This document shows positions 27,876-37,953 of a stretch of 64,000 bases of DNA, in pieces. The position numbers and the translations under genes were made by a program. Source of the DNA: Euryarchaeota archaeon UBA103 (lineage in GTDB: Archaea; Thermoplasmatota; Poseidoniia; Poseidoniales; Thalassarchaeaceae); contig DAYH01000031.1 of the NCBI GenBank assembly GCA_002506825.1, forward strand, positions 84,049 through 148,048. Reading direction: 5' to 3'. The notes under the pieces were generated by a model, which saw nothing but the letters and a program-made list of their open reading frames with translations, was not told the origin of the DNA and did not search any database. How positions within the stretch are numbered: the first letter of the stretch is position 1; every line of letters starts with the position of its first letter.

Positions 27876-29063
27876 TTAATTTGCCAATAAGGACTCAATT
27901 TTATGACAAAGAGATGTAAGATTTGGTATTTCGATGGTTTTTCCACTAGAGTCTACTAACCACGCCCTAGGGGTACTGGGATTTTCCAGATCCTCCAACC
28001 TATTGGCAAAAACTATGTCCATAGAGTATCGGGATATTTGTGTAGAGGCACTTTCTAGCAGGTCCTGTATGTTTACGTTGCTTTCGAGTTTGAAGCCAAT
28101 GGAGTAGCATTCACCTGTTGCCTCGATAACTCTGGGAATATGCTTCTGAGAAGGGGTCAATTTAATTTGGATTTCATCCTTTGAACTTGGAATCTTTGCT
28201 GGTACCTGAACTGGTAAGTAATCGAGTACCGCTGCAGAGAAAATCCATACTTCAGGAGAGAAAGATGCAGCTATTTTCAATGCTTCATCTAGCATATCTT
28301 CTGGGTGCTCTGCGTCTATTACTTTGGGCATGGTGAAACTAGGATAGGTACTCGTTCGACCGGCCAAGCAAAAAACATCGTGTCCCATTCTGTACAGATA
28401 TTCAGAGATGCTCCATCCGGTAATTCCCGATGAATAGTTGATAATGCTACGAACATGGTCAATAGGGGCGAGGTTGGAACCCAATGTGATAGCCACTCTC
28501 TTTCTACCAGGAAGCTCTGAGTTGATGATATGACTGAATTCTGCCACTATTCTGAAGTGACTTGGTTGCTTTCTTTTTCCTTCTATTTCATGATCGGTAA
28601 TGACATGTGATCCTTCGGCGGATAATTGAGATAATATCTCACCTGTAACTGGGTCATCAAAAAGATCGGAATGCATAGAGGGGACGAATATTATCGGAGT
28701 ATTACTGCCTCTAGCCGCTGAAAGTGCCATCATGACGGGAGAGTCGATAATTCCATTCAGGTGCTTGGCGATGGTATTCCTTGTTGCTGGAGCGACAATG
28801 ATTCCATCATAACCGTCTAATTGTGACATATCAGGGTCCCAATCAGAAACGATATCACTACCCGAACCCCATGAAAGAGCGAGTGGGGTGATTACCTTTG
28901 TCGCTTCTTTAGTCATCATTGGAAATACTAGTGCACCGTGTCTCCTAAGCTCTCGACACAGTTTGATTGATTCTACGGCTGCGATTCCCCCTGTGACAGC
29001 CAGTATCACCCTGCGGCCTGCCAGAGAATTGCTAAGTTGGCTGACGCCAGTGTCTCCGACCAT
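27876..29063 (-). CDS. coaBC: Bifunctional phosphopantothenoylcysteine decarboxylase / phosphopantothenate-cysteine ligase
   Basis: 395 aa; N-terminal flavoprotein domain (RVILAVTGGIAA) and C-terminal CoaB domain. Confidence 0.85.
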   Translation of the reverse strand: MVGDTGVSQLSNSLAGRRVILAVTGGIAAVESIKLCRELRRHGALVFPMMTKEATKVITPLALSWGSGSDIVSDWDPDMSQLDGYDGIIVAPATRNTIAKHLNGIIDSPVMMALSAARGSNTPIIFVPSMHSDLFDDPVTGEILSQLSAEGSHVITDHEIEGKRKQPSHFRIVAEFSHIINSELPGRKRVAITLGSNLAPIDHVRSIINYSSGITGWSISEYLYRMGHDVFCLAGRTSTYPSFTMPKVIDAEHPEDMLDEALKIAASFSPEVWIFSAAVLDYLPVQVPAKIPSSKDEIQIKLTPSQKHIPRVIEATGECYSIGFKLESNVNIQDLLESASTQISRYSMDIVFANRLEDLENPSTPRAWLVDSSGKTIEIPNLTSLCHKIESLLAN

Positions 29064-29086
29064 GACTGCCGATTGCCGAGTGATTC

Positions 29087-29641
29087 ATGAGTGCGTCGCT
29101 CCCGTGTAAGCATGAGAATATGAGTAGGGGCATGGTTTCCGTCACTCGACATGTGTCTTTTCTACTTGTTATACTTGCAATAGTGCAACTTCTCGTTATC
29201 GTTAGTTTACCGTATGATAGAACTGTATTTTTTATATTTCCAATGATATTTGGACTCATATCACTACCTATTTCGATCATTGGAGCAATATTACTACGAC
29301 TTCGAAAGAGCCCTGGGATATTCATTTGTACAATTTCTCTTGGATCATTAGGAATTTGCTTCATGTTCGAGGGTTTCCTAATCATGATTATGGGCCCTTC
29401 TGCTATTGTGGGGGCGTTGTACGTGCTTCTTGGAATTTCATCGACAAGAAGAATCAGGCCACTCAATAGTACGTCATTTAGGGCCTGGTTCAATGGAACA
29501 AGTATTATTGACAGCTCCGAATTGGGCGATGAGGAGATTATGGCCATATGCCCACATTGCTCGAGCATCTTAGCAGTAATACCGTCCCTATTGAACGAAA
29601 GTGATACGTGTCCAGAATGCAATGGCAATCTTGTTCTCTAG
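29087..29641 (+). CDS. Hypothetical 4-TM membrane protein with C-terminal zinc ribbon
   Basis: 184 aa; CPHCS...CPECNG at the C-terminus; preferred over the overlapping minus-strand ORF 29032..29628, which lacks protein-like features. Confidence 0.45.
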   Translation: MSASLPCKHENMSRGMVSVTRHVSFLLVILAIVQLLVIVSLPYDRTVFFIFPMIFGLISLPISIIGAILLRLRKSPGIFICTISLGSLGICFMFEGFLIMIMGPSAIVGALYVLLGISSTRRIRPLNSTSFRAWFNGTSIIDSSELGDEEIMAICPHCSSILAVIPSLLNESDTCPECNGNLVL

Positions 29642-30768
29642 TACCTCTCAAGTGCAATCGAAATTCCCATCCCACCGCCAATACACATGGTTGCTATGGC
29701 CTTGCGTGAATTGGTCCTATGAAGAATTGATGCGGCCTTTCCTACAATTCTTGCCCCAGACGCTCCGAGAGGGTGCCCAATTGAGATTGCACCTCCATCG
29801 ATGTTTATCTTTTCATAGTCAATAGATAGGTCATTAATTACAGCAATACTCTGTGAAGAGAATGCTTCATTGATTTCAAAAATATCGACATCATCTATAT
29901 TCCAATCTGAACGTTCGAGTAATTTTTGTGTCGCTGAAACAGGACCTATTCCCATCGCATCTGGAGAGCACCCGGTAACTGCACTAGTGACTATTCTTGC
30001 TAGAGGCTCTAATCCATTCTTTTCCGCGAAATCTGAACTACAAACCAGCATGCAAACCGCCCCATCAGTAAGAGGGGAAGATGTGGCAGCTGTAACTGAA
30101 CCGTCTTCTCTGAATACCGGCCTCAGTTTAGACATCGACTCGAGGCTCGTATCCCTTATACATCCATCTTCGGCTATAGAGCCGTCTTGTGTAATGATGG
30201 GGCAAATCTCAGATTCAAAGTGCCCGTTATCTCTTGCATGAATTGATTTCATATGTGAATTGAGAGCGAATTCCTCTTGAGAAATTCGGGAAATTCCCCA
30301 TCTATCTGCAACGTTTTCAGCAGTCAATCCCATGTTAATGTAAGCATCTGGAAATTCCTTTTCGAGAATGGGATGTGGACTCCAATTGAATCCTCTTCTC
30401 TTGATCCTACTCATTGACTCTATTCCTCCGCATAGAAAGCAATCCCCCCATCCAGACTCAATATTTGATGCGGCCACAAGTATGGCCTGCATTGATGAAC
30501 CGCATAATCTATTGATGGTCATTCCGGGAACCTTGTCAGGGATTTCACCAAGGAACGTCAATAATCTACCAATATTGTATCCCTGCTCCCCCTCAGGATA
30601 TGCGCAACCGACTATAATATCATCAATATCATTGGGATCAATGGAATTCCTACTTAGCAGAGACTTGGTAACCTGTCTTAGCAATTCATCAGGCCTTATT
30701 TCTGACAGCATTCCCTTGTGTGCTCGATGGAATGGGCTCCTCATCCAATCAACAATTACGGCCCTCAC
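29638..30768 (-). CDS. Acetyl-CoA C-acetyltransferase (thiolase)
   Basis: 376 aa; thiolase active-site Cys segment and C-terminal CxG motifs. Confidence 0.85.
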   Translation of the reverse strand: MRAVIVDWMRSPFHRAHKGMLSEIRPDELLRQVTKSLLSRNSIDPNDIDDIIVGCAYPEGEQGYNIGRLLTFLGEIPDKVPGMTINRLCGSSMQAILVAASNIESGWGDCFLCGGIESMSRIKRRGFNWSPHPILEKEFPDAYINMGLTAENVADRWGISRISQEEFALNSHMKSIHARDNGHFESEICPIITQDGSIAEDGCIRDTSLESMSKLRPVFREDGSVTAATSSPLTDGAVCMLVCSSDFAEKNGLEPLARIVTSAVTGCSPDAMGIGPVSATQKLLERSDWNIDDVDIFEINEAFSSQSIAVINDLSIDYEKINIDGGAISIGHPLGASGARIVGKAASILHRTNSRKAIATMCIGGGMGISIALERY

Positions 30769-30872
30769 ATGCTCCGGGTGGTGTGGAGGAAAATAACCCT
30801 TGGCGGTGGAATCGTGGGAACATTACTGACCGAGAGGTTCATGAGAAGGCTTCAACTGGCACGACTGATAAT

Positions 30873-31562
30873 ATGATTAGAGAGTGCAGTACACATGGAT
30901 ATTTCTCAGATGATGACCTATGCCCAGCTTGTAATTCGGAAGGAAAATTCATCATGAGAGGGAATGAGAGAGATTCACTGGCCAGAAGATTGGCATTGGC
31001 ACTTAGACATGCCCCGGAAAAGTTTGATCTGGAGATGGATATCAATGGATGGATAGACATCAAGGATATTATTCGACAGTTTAAGAAGTCAAACGAACGA
31101 AGGTATCACTGGTTGAGGCCCCATCATTTTAGAGCTATCTCAGAGACTGATCCAAAGGGACGTTACGAGGTTAGAGGAAATGTGATTAGGGCTACTTACG
31201 GACACAGCCTAGAGATTGAGCTAGACCTTCCAACGGACAATATTCCTACGTCCCTATTCTATCCCTGCTCTCCTGAAGAGGCTGAAAACCTGCTCGAAGT
31301 TGGGATTTCCCCTAGCGGGAGATCGCATGTGCATCTTTCAGCTACTGTAAGATCAGCAGCTGAGGCTGGGAAAGTACATCACAGCAGACCTACCATTCTG
31401 GAAGTAGATACCGCATCTATGGTCGCCTCCGGAGAAACTGTTTGGCATGCTGGAGTTACAGTATATTTGGCAGATTCAGTAGCAGGGGAGTACTTGACCG
31501 TACTGCCAGATGACGATCCTGAGTTCGTATTAGCTAGGGCCAAATGGGATGAAGAAGAGTAG
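30873..31562 (+). CDS. kptA: RNA 2-prime-phosphotransferase Tpt1/KptA with short N-terminal Cys/His extension
   Basis: RLALALRHAPEKFDLEMD and VRGNVIRATYGHS motifs; start placed at ATG 30873 to avoid a start-start overlap with the thiolase gene. Confidence 0.75.
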   Translation: MIRECSTHGYFSDDDLCPACNSEGKFIMRGNERDSLARRLALALRHAPEKFDLEMDINGWIDIKDIIRQFKKSNERRYHWLRPHHFRAISETDPKGRYEVRGNVIRATYGHSLEIELDLPTDNIPTSLFYPCSPEEAENLLEVGISPSGRSHVHLSATVRSAAEAGKVHHSRPTILEVDTASMVASGETVWHAGVTVYLADSVAGEYLTVLPDDDPEFVLARAKWDEEE

Positions 31563-31910
31563 TTAATTCTCCTCTCCACAAATCGGGCAGAAACTGAGAT
31601 CTTCTACTAGATCGGAAGAACATTTGACGCACTTCTTTCCGTCCTTAGTCGAGACTGCATGTTCATTGTTATCTATCGACCTAACAGCTGAGCTCCTCTC
31701 AATGAATGGAGCTGGAGATTCCAGGGACTCTAATTTCTCCAGAGACTCTCTGAAGAATATTGCTTCTGATATCGCTGACTCTATGTGTGTTCTTCTTCGA
31801 TCTCTCTCGACGGGGTCTTCAATATGCTGAGTAGCGGCTAGCTTAGACTGTAGCCACCGTTGGAAGATTTCAATCTCACCGGCGTCGGACATATCTCTTC
31901 CAAACCACAA
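31563..31910 (-). CDS. Hypothetical small protein with C-terminal zinc ribbon
   Basis: 115 aa; CVKCS...CPICG; exactly fills the gap between kptA and the IPK gene. Confidence 0.45.
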   Translation of the reverse strand: MWFGRDMSDAGEIEIFQRWLQSKLAATQHIEDPVERDRRRTHIESAISEAIFFRESLEKLESLESPAPFIERSSAVRSIDNNEHAVSTKDGKKCVKCSSDLVEDLSFCPICGEEN

Positions 31911-31959
31911 TAAGAAATGAACCTTTCAATAATTTGATAGGAGAACCCAAATCTAACTA

Positions 31960-32769
31960 ATGCCTCAGACCTCCATGGTTGCGAAGGTAGTGATGAAGTT
32001 AGGAGGGGGGCTTATCACAGATAAATCGTCATTTAAAGTGCCTAAGAAAGGAGTTATTGACTCCATATGCAAAGAGATTTCCAAAATAATTTCAAATGGA
32101 CATTCGGTTACTTTGATCCATGGTGCGGGTTCATTCGGGCATCTACTTGCCAAGGAGTGGTCCTTGGCTGGTGGCCTGGATCCTGAAATCTCTGAACAGC
32201 AAAGGGACGCTGTTTTGAGAGTTAGATCGGATATGCTAGAGCTATGTGGATACGTGACTAATTCTTTGAGTCATCATGGTATCAAATGTGAGGTTTTTCC
32301 ACCATCCGAGTGGGTAATGGGCACAGGGAGTAGCTTTGATGGTGATTTAGGTATCTTTGAAGACGTACCTAAAGGTACGGTTCCAGTATCATTCGGGGAC
32401 GTTGTCAGAGTTGGGGGTGAAGCAGAATTTGGCATTCTATCAGGGGATGATTTAATGGCCAGAATATCCCTTGAGTTACCATCGGTTTCTCATTGTATAT
32501 TTCTTCTCGGAGACGTAGATGGGATGATGGACTTGCCACCAAATGTGGAGGGGTCTAAACTGATACCAATATGGAGTGCTGGAGAACGTATCGAGACCAC
32601 TCATAATGCCGAACAGGATGTTACTGGGGGAATTGAACTGAAGGCGGCCAGAGCATCGCAGATATCAGGGGGCGTCGACGAGGTTTGGTTCATCAATGGA
32701 AATCATCCAGAGAGGATTAGTCAGCTGATAGAAGAGGGGACTACCATTGGTACCAAAATACTTGGTTGA
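31960..32769 (+). CDS. ipk: Isopentenyl phosphate kinase
   Basis: 269 aa; amino-acid-kinase fold, KLGGGLIT and HGAGSFGH motifs. Confidence 0.8.
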   Translation: MPQTSMVAKVVMKLGGGLITDKSSFKVPKKGVIDSICKEISKIISNGHSVTLIHGAGSFGHLLAKEWSLAGGLDPEISEQQRDAVLRVRSDMLELCGYVTNSLSHHGIKCEVFPPSEWVMGTGSSFDGDLGIFEDVPKGTVPVSFGDVVRVGGEAEFGILSGDDLMARISLELPSVSHCIFLLGDVDGMMDLPPNVEGSKLIPIWSAGERIETTHNAEQDVTGGIELKAARASQISGGVDEVWFINGNHPERISQLIEEGTTIGTKILG

Positions 32770-34496
32770 TTGGATTCTGTTATATGTCGAGGGTTTCTCG
32801 GAATGACATGGTCGAAGATGCCAACGCTCTTTCGGGACATGACAACTCACAGGCCGAGATGATGGCTGAGCGTTGTATTCTAGTCGATCTTGAAGACAAT
32901 ATGATAGGATCTGAGAGTAAATTATTGTGCCACAATGAAGATGGTTTTCTCCATAGGGCCTTCAGCGTCCTAATATTCGACTCAGAGAATAGATTACTGA
33001 TCCAACAGAGATCGTATGATAAGATAACGTTTCCAGGGATTTGGGCAAATAGCTGTTGCAGCCATCCACTTGATATTGATGGAGAGAATGGAGATTCGAA
33101 AGAGGGTTGTATCAATGCGGCAAAGAGAAAGTTGCCCCAAGAGTTAGGAATAGATCAAGAAGTTGCTAACTCAATGGAGTTCTCTCACCTAGGCTCCTTC
33201 CAGTATAAATGCAGATGGGACGATGAATGGTTAGAGAATGAAGTAGACCATGTTTTGATGACTAGAGTGGATTCTTTGCACTTAAACCCCAATGAGAATG
33301 AGATTTCAAATCATAAGTGGATTGGACCGGAGGAAATTAGCGAGGTCATGGAAGGAACTGGTCAATGGAAAGAACAGATAGTAGCCCCGTGGTTTAGACT
33401 TCTTTGGAAGGAGTTTCTTGAAGACGAATATCCCAATCTTGAGAATATTGTCGATAGAAGCGGGGTTGTTGTCTTCGGAGAGGTCGGGATAAATGCGGAT
33501 GTTATCTCACCTGGATCTTCATTGATGGGCGCTTTAGGAGAGCATAGGGAAGTTGTTGAAAAGGAGATACTTACGAGCTTGTCTAAGATAAAACAGGAGA
33601 GGCTTCATGGAGCGATGAAGCATCTTTTTACAGGAGGTGGAAAGAGACTCAGGGCAATTATGCCCAAACTTGTCGGTGACGCCGTGGGAGGGTCTAATCC
33701 AGGCCACAATACACTTGGTGCTTCCATAGAAATAATTCATAATTTCACCTTGGTACATGATGATATCATGGATCAAGATCCCATTAGAAGGGGTTTGGAA
33801 GCTGTCCATGTAGCCTATGACGATGCTACTGCGATAAATGCTGGCGATGCTATGCTGGCCGTGGCATTTGAGATTCTAGCTGAGTCTGAACATATAGCTT
33901 CTGATGATCTTGTATTCCTGGTTAAATCGATCGGCGAGATGGTCAGAAGAGTTGCTGAAGGACAGATGATAGACATGGAGTTTGAGAAGAGGGAGGTTGT
34001 CTCTGAAGACGAATATATTGAGATGATCGCTGGGAAGACCTCCGCGATGTTCGAGACATGTGCAATGACTGGAGCGAAGCTTTCTGGTGCTTCGGAGGAA
34101 GTGGTAAGTTCTTTGGCGGAATGGGGCCTTAATATGGGACTGTGCTTCCAACTAATGGATGATTTAATTGATATCACAGGCGATACTGAAACTCTTGGAA
34201 AGCCAGCAGGATCAGATATCATACAGGGAAAAAGAACGCTTATCGCAATTCATGCTCTTGATTCTGGAAACCCCATGCCTTCTTTCGAAGAGGCCTATGG
34301 ATCAGGAGAATGTTCACCAGATTTACTAGCCAGTGCTGTTCAAGAGCTTTATGATAACGGCTCCATAAAATACGCCAAAGACAGGGCTATGTTTCATCAT
34401 GCTAAGGCCCATTCATGTCTGAATATACTTGATGATTCGGAATCATTGACCATATTGAGGGAAATGACTGATTTCCAACTAGTCAGAATAAACTGA
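32766..34496 (+). CDS. Fusion protein: type-1 isopentenyl-diphosphate isomerase (Nudix) + geranylgeranyl diphosphate synthase
   Basis: 576 aa; N-terminal IDI-1 motifs (HRAFSVLIF, NSCCSHP, Nudix box); C-terminal trans-prenyltransferase FARM LVHDDIMDQD and SARM FQLMDDLID; 4-nt overlap with ipk. Confidence 0.8.
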   Translation: MIGFCYMSRVSRNDMVEDANALSGHDNSQAEMMAERCILVDLEDNMIGSESKLLCHNEDGFLHRAFSVLIFDSENRLLIQQRSYDKITFPGIWANSCCSHPLDIDGENGDSKEGCINAAKRKLPQELGIDQEVANSMEFSHLGSFQYKCRWDDEWLENEVDHVLMTRVDSLHLNPNENEISNHKWIGPEEISEVMEGTGQWKEQIVAPWFRLLWKEFLEDEYPNLENIVDRSGVVVFGEVGINADVISPGSSLMGALGEHREVVEKEILTSLSKIKQERLHGAMKHLFTGGGKRLRAIMPKLVGDAVGGSNPGHNTLGASIEIIHNFTLVHDDIMDQDPIRRGLEAVHVAYDDATAINAGDAMLAVAFEILAESEHIASDDLVFLVKSIGEMVRRVAEGQMIDMEFEKREVVSEDEYIEMIAGKTSAMFETCAMTGAKLSGASEEVVSSLAEWGLNMGLCFQLMDDLIDITGDTETLGKPAGSDIIQGKRTLIAIHALDSGNPMPSFEEAYGSGECSPDLLASAVQELYDNGSIKYAKDRAMFHHAKAHSCLNILDDSESLTILREMTDFQLVRIN

Positions 34497-36704
34497 TTAG
34501 TCCTGATAGTGCGTCTCACCGGGTATTTCTGGCTTAAGCCCCTTTCTTTCCCTGATCTCTCCTGTGACCTTCTCATAGAGATTGGGAGGCAGGTGGACGA
34601 ATCCGGCGTTTTCCATATTCCAAATTGCTCGACCCTGACTAGCGGCACGAATATCATTGGAGAATCCGAATGTTTCTGCAACGGGAATAGTTCCAATTAC
34701 CTTAGTAACACCATCTTCAACAGGCATATCCTCTATTATTCCCCTTCTTGTTGAGACTTCTCTGGTCACTCCACCGATTACATCGTTGGGCGAGTCTATC
34801 TGAATCTTCTGTATAGGTTCAAAGATGACTGGTCTTGACCTCATGAAAGCTCCTTTTACGGCGTTCCTCACAGCCGGGATAGTTTGAGCCGGTCCTCTGT
34901 GAATGGCATCTTCATGCAGTTTGGCATCCACTAGTCTGACCATCACTCCCATTAGTGGCTCATCTGCCACCGGTCCTTTCTTGCAGACATCATTGAATCC
35001 ATCAATAATCAACTCCTTTGTTTCATGGAGATTCTGTATTCCTTTCGTGTCGTTTACCAGGACATTGGTGCCATTAATAGCGTATATCTTCCTCATCAGA
35101 TCTTTATCCATTCCTAGTTCTGAGAATTGATCGCCGATTTCCTTGGCGTCCTTAGGCCTCACTGTACCGTCTCTGAATTCGCCGGCTCTGAGTTTATCGA
35201 CTACATTATCTGGAAGTGGTTCGGTCTCAACATAGAATCTATTATGCCTGTTAGGTGACTTTCCTTCGAAAGGCCTTCCTTTGTTATCAGTCTGAACTGA
35301 TTCCCTATACACGACAATTGGCTCGCTAACCTTGACCTTGATTCCTTGTTCTTCCTCTAATCTGTATACAGTAATCTCGAGATGTAACTCTCCCATTCCT
35401 GCTAGTAAAGCCTCTCCGGTTTCCTGGTTTGTCGATACCTCGAGAGAAGCGTCTGCCTTAGCGAGCCCCCTTAGAGCATCGATGAACTTTGGGAGGTCCT
35501 TCATGGACTTGGGCTCTACTGCTACGGTTACAACAGGCTCTGAAATGTGCCTGATGGCTTCGAATGGCGGTGCATCTTTTTCTCTTGCAATTGTAACTCC
35601 TGCGGCCGCACTTCTAATTCCTGTGATTGCCGCGATATTTCCTGATGTTACCTCTGGAGTAGAGATTCTATCTCCGCCGACCATCATACCTACCTGTTGA
35701 ACCCTCTCAGCCTTGGCGGCACCAATTGCCCAGACTGACTCTCCATGCTTAATTCGTCCTGAGTATACCCTTCCTACAGCCACCTCTCCAGCATGAGGGT
35801 CCATCCAGATCTTAGTAATCATGAGTGAAAGGGGACCATCTGGATCGCAATCCATCATAGCCTTACCAACACCCGACTCCAAGTCCCCCTGCCAGATATT
35901 CGGTATTCTATACTTCTGGGCCACTACGGGAGAAGGATGCTTCTCAACAGTCATATCGAGTAAAACAGTATGAACTGGTGCGAGCTTTGCCAACTCTTTC
36001 TGATTGTCATCATAGCAATATTCGAAAATCTGCTTGAAGTTGATGTTGCTCTTCTGCATGTATGGTATCGACATTCCCCAATTGTAGTAAGCCGAACCAA
36101 ATGCCACTGTGCCCTTCTGCACGGAAACCTGCCATTCCTTACCAAGATCCTCTGGGGCATAAGTAGAAATTAACCTGTTAACTTTAGAGATTATCTTCTC
36201 AAACCTAGCCATCATCTCAGGTCCATCGATTTGTAACTCATTGATTAGCCGGTCTACCTTATTGATGAAAAGTACTGGTCTGACCTTTTCCTTCAATGCT
36301 TGGCGAACAACTGTCTCGGTCTGTGGCATTGTACCCTCTACCGCGCATGCTAATATGATACAACCATCGACCGCCCTCATTGCCCTAGTTACGTCTCCTC
36401 CGAAATCCACGTGACCGGGAGTATCAATCAGATTGATGAGGTAGTCCTGCCCACCCACATTGTGAACCATAGATGCGCTAGCTGCATTGATGGTAATTCC
36501 TCGAGCGCTTTCTTGCTCGTCGAAATCTAAGACCCTAGACTTTCCAGCTAGATCTTCTGACATCATTCCCGCGCCTGCAATCAGGTTGTCTGAAAGGGTG
36601 GTCTTTCCATGATCGATATGGGCGGCGATAGCAATGTTTCTGATATGATCGCGATCATGCATTATCTCTGTAGCTCTCTTGATGTTGTCTTCCTTGCGAC
36701 CCAT
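34497..36704 (-). CDS. fusA: Elongation factor 2 (aEF-2)
   Basis: 735 aa; G-domain AHIDHGKTT, DTPGHVDF; domain IV diphthamide region. Confidence 0.95.
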   Translation of the reverse strand: MGRKEDNIKRATEIMHDRDHIRNIAIAAHIDHGKTTLSDNLIAGAGMMSEDLAGKSRVLDFDEQESARGITINAASASMVHNVGGQDYLINLIDTPGHVDFGGDVTRAMRAVDGCIILACAVEGTMPQTETVVRQALKEKVRPVLFINKVDRLINELQIDGPEMMARFEKIISKVNRLISTYAPEDLGKEWQVSVQKGTVAFGSAYYNWGMSIPYMQKSNINFKQIFEYCYDDNQKELAKLAPVHTVLLDMTVEKHPSPVVAQKYRIPNIWQGDLESGVGKAMMDCDPDGPLSLMITKIWMDPHAGEVAVGRVYSGRIKHGESVWAIGAAKAERVQQVGMMVGGDRISTPEVTSGNIAAITGIRSAAAGVTIAREKDAPPFEAIRHISEPVVTVAVEPKSMKDLPKFIDALRGLAKADASLEVSTNQETGEALLAGMGELHLEITVYRLEEEQGIKVKVSEPIVVYRESVQTDNKGRPFEGKSPNRHNRFYVETEPLPDNVVDKLRAGEFRDGTVRPKDAKEIGDQFSELGMDKDLMRKIYAINGTNVLVNDTKGIQNLHETKELIIDGFNDVCKKGPVADEPLMGVMVRLVDAKLHEDAIHRGPAQTIPAVRNAVKGAFMRSRPVIFEPIQKIQIDSPNDVIGGVTREVSTRRGIIEDMPVEDGVTKVIGTIPVAETFGFSNDIRAASQGRAIWNMENAGFVHLPPNLYEKVTGEIRERKGLKPEIPGETHYQD

Positions 36705-36795
36705 CTTAATTCCTCAATTGTTCCGTCCACCTGACTATGGTTCATAAATCCGATTGTAGAGAGAAGTAAAACATGACTGTAAGAGTGCAGAAGGA

Positions 36796-37413
36796 TTACC
36801 TTGCTGAAGCGGCGACACGTTCAATTTCTTCCCTCTTTCCTATGGAGTAAGCCGCTACATCTCCCTCCGCGGCTTTGGTAATTTCACTAACGATTCCCTG
36901 GACTAGAGTTCTCTTGCTTCCAGCTGTAGCAGACGTACAACCTATGGCTAGATTTCTCAGTGCTATGTCTAGTCTCCTGCTGGGAGAGGAATCTACTGCC
37001 TTTGGAGTACTGACTGCTCCCTGCTTAATTCTAGTTATTTCCTCACAGGGGGATGCCTCCACAATGGCATCGATAAAGGACTGTAGAGGATTCTCCCCCG
37101 TCCTACTGTTGATTGAATCTAATGCGGCCTCGTATGCCTTGGCGCAATGTTGCTTCTTTCCTGAGAATTTACCTGTTCTCATTAGATTGTTGATGAACCT
37201 TTCAACCACAGAGAGCTTTGACTTACCAAACCATGCGTTAGCGTGTCGCCCACCACTGTGAGGAGTACCTATGGTTGTGAGATTAATGTAGGGTGCAAGT
37301 CCGGGATCTGAACAAGTAACTTCTGAGGCGTCCCACTTTCCAAAGACCATGGTCCCAATACCTGCGATTGGTGCTTCGACCCTGGAATCTGCTTGGATTG
37401 TTTCATCAGACAT
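36796..37413 (-). CDS. rps7: 30S ribosomal protein S7 (uS7)
   Basis: 205 aa; conserved uS7 family pattern; canonical S12-S7-EF2 order. Confidence 0.9.
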   Translation of the reverse strand: MSDETIQADSRVEAPIAGIGTMVFGKWDASEVTCSDPGLAPYINLTTIGTPHSGGRHANAWFGKSKLSVVERFINNLMRTGKFSGKKQHCAKAYEAALDSINSRTGENPLQSFIDAIVEASPCEEITRIKQGAVSTPKAVDSSPSRRLDIALRNLAIGCTSATAGSKRTLVQGIVSEITKAAEGDVAAYSIGKREEIERVAASAR

Positions 37414-37421
37414 CTCAATAC

Positions 37422-37862
37422 CTACCTGATTGGCTTCTCTTTGCGGCCCCTTACCATTTCGTCTAAGGATACGCCGTTGACCTTAATGACCTTGTATCTG
37501 ACACCGGGGATATCTCCGTATGACCTTCCTTTGCTACCGCCTATGCCCTCTACCAGAACCTCGTCATGCTCGTCGATAAATGAAATTGCACCATCTCCTG
37601 GAGCGAATGCAGTAAGTCTGTTACCGGTTTTTATTAGGCTTATCTTGACTGCCTTTCTGATGCCAGAATTAGGTTGTTTAGCCTCAAAACCGACTTTTTC
37701 AACTACGATTCCCTTGGCCTGTGTACTGCCCATAAGAGGATCGTGCTTGAGAACACCACCTCTCTGTTGCTTGAATTGTCTGTCCCTAAACTTACGCTCC
37801 TTCCAGCGATATCTCTTCCTATCGGACTTCATCTTCTGTCCGGAGAAAAGACCTTTACCCAA
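37422..37862 (-). CDS. rps12: 30S ribosomal protein S12 (uS12)
   Basis: 146 aa; PNSGIRKAV motif. Confidence 0.9.
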   Translation of the reverse strand: MGKGLFSGQKMKSDRKRYRWKERKFRDRQFKQQRGGVLKHDPLMGSTQAKGIVVEKVGFEAKQPNSGIRKAVKISLIKTGNRLTAFAPGDGAISFIDEHDEVLVEGIGGSKGRSYGDIPGVRYKVIKVNGVSLDEMVRGRKEKPIR

Positions 37863-37953
37863 AGTGACACCTCAGAATGACGCCTTGCCGACCCTCATGG
37901 GGTATAAGAGCGTGACGGGATAGCCCCGACTTAGTGGGCCCTAGAGGGGGGTA

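Noticed and set aside
29032-29628. 198-aa minus-strand ORF overlapping the 184-aa plus-strand membrane/zinc-ribbon ORF
   Set aside because: The translation has no TM, motif or compositional features of a real protein and would overlap the coaBC start; the plus-strand product looks like a genuine membrane protein.
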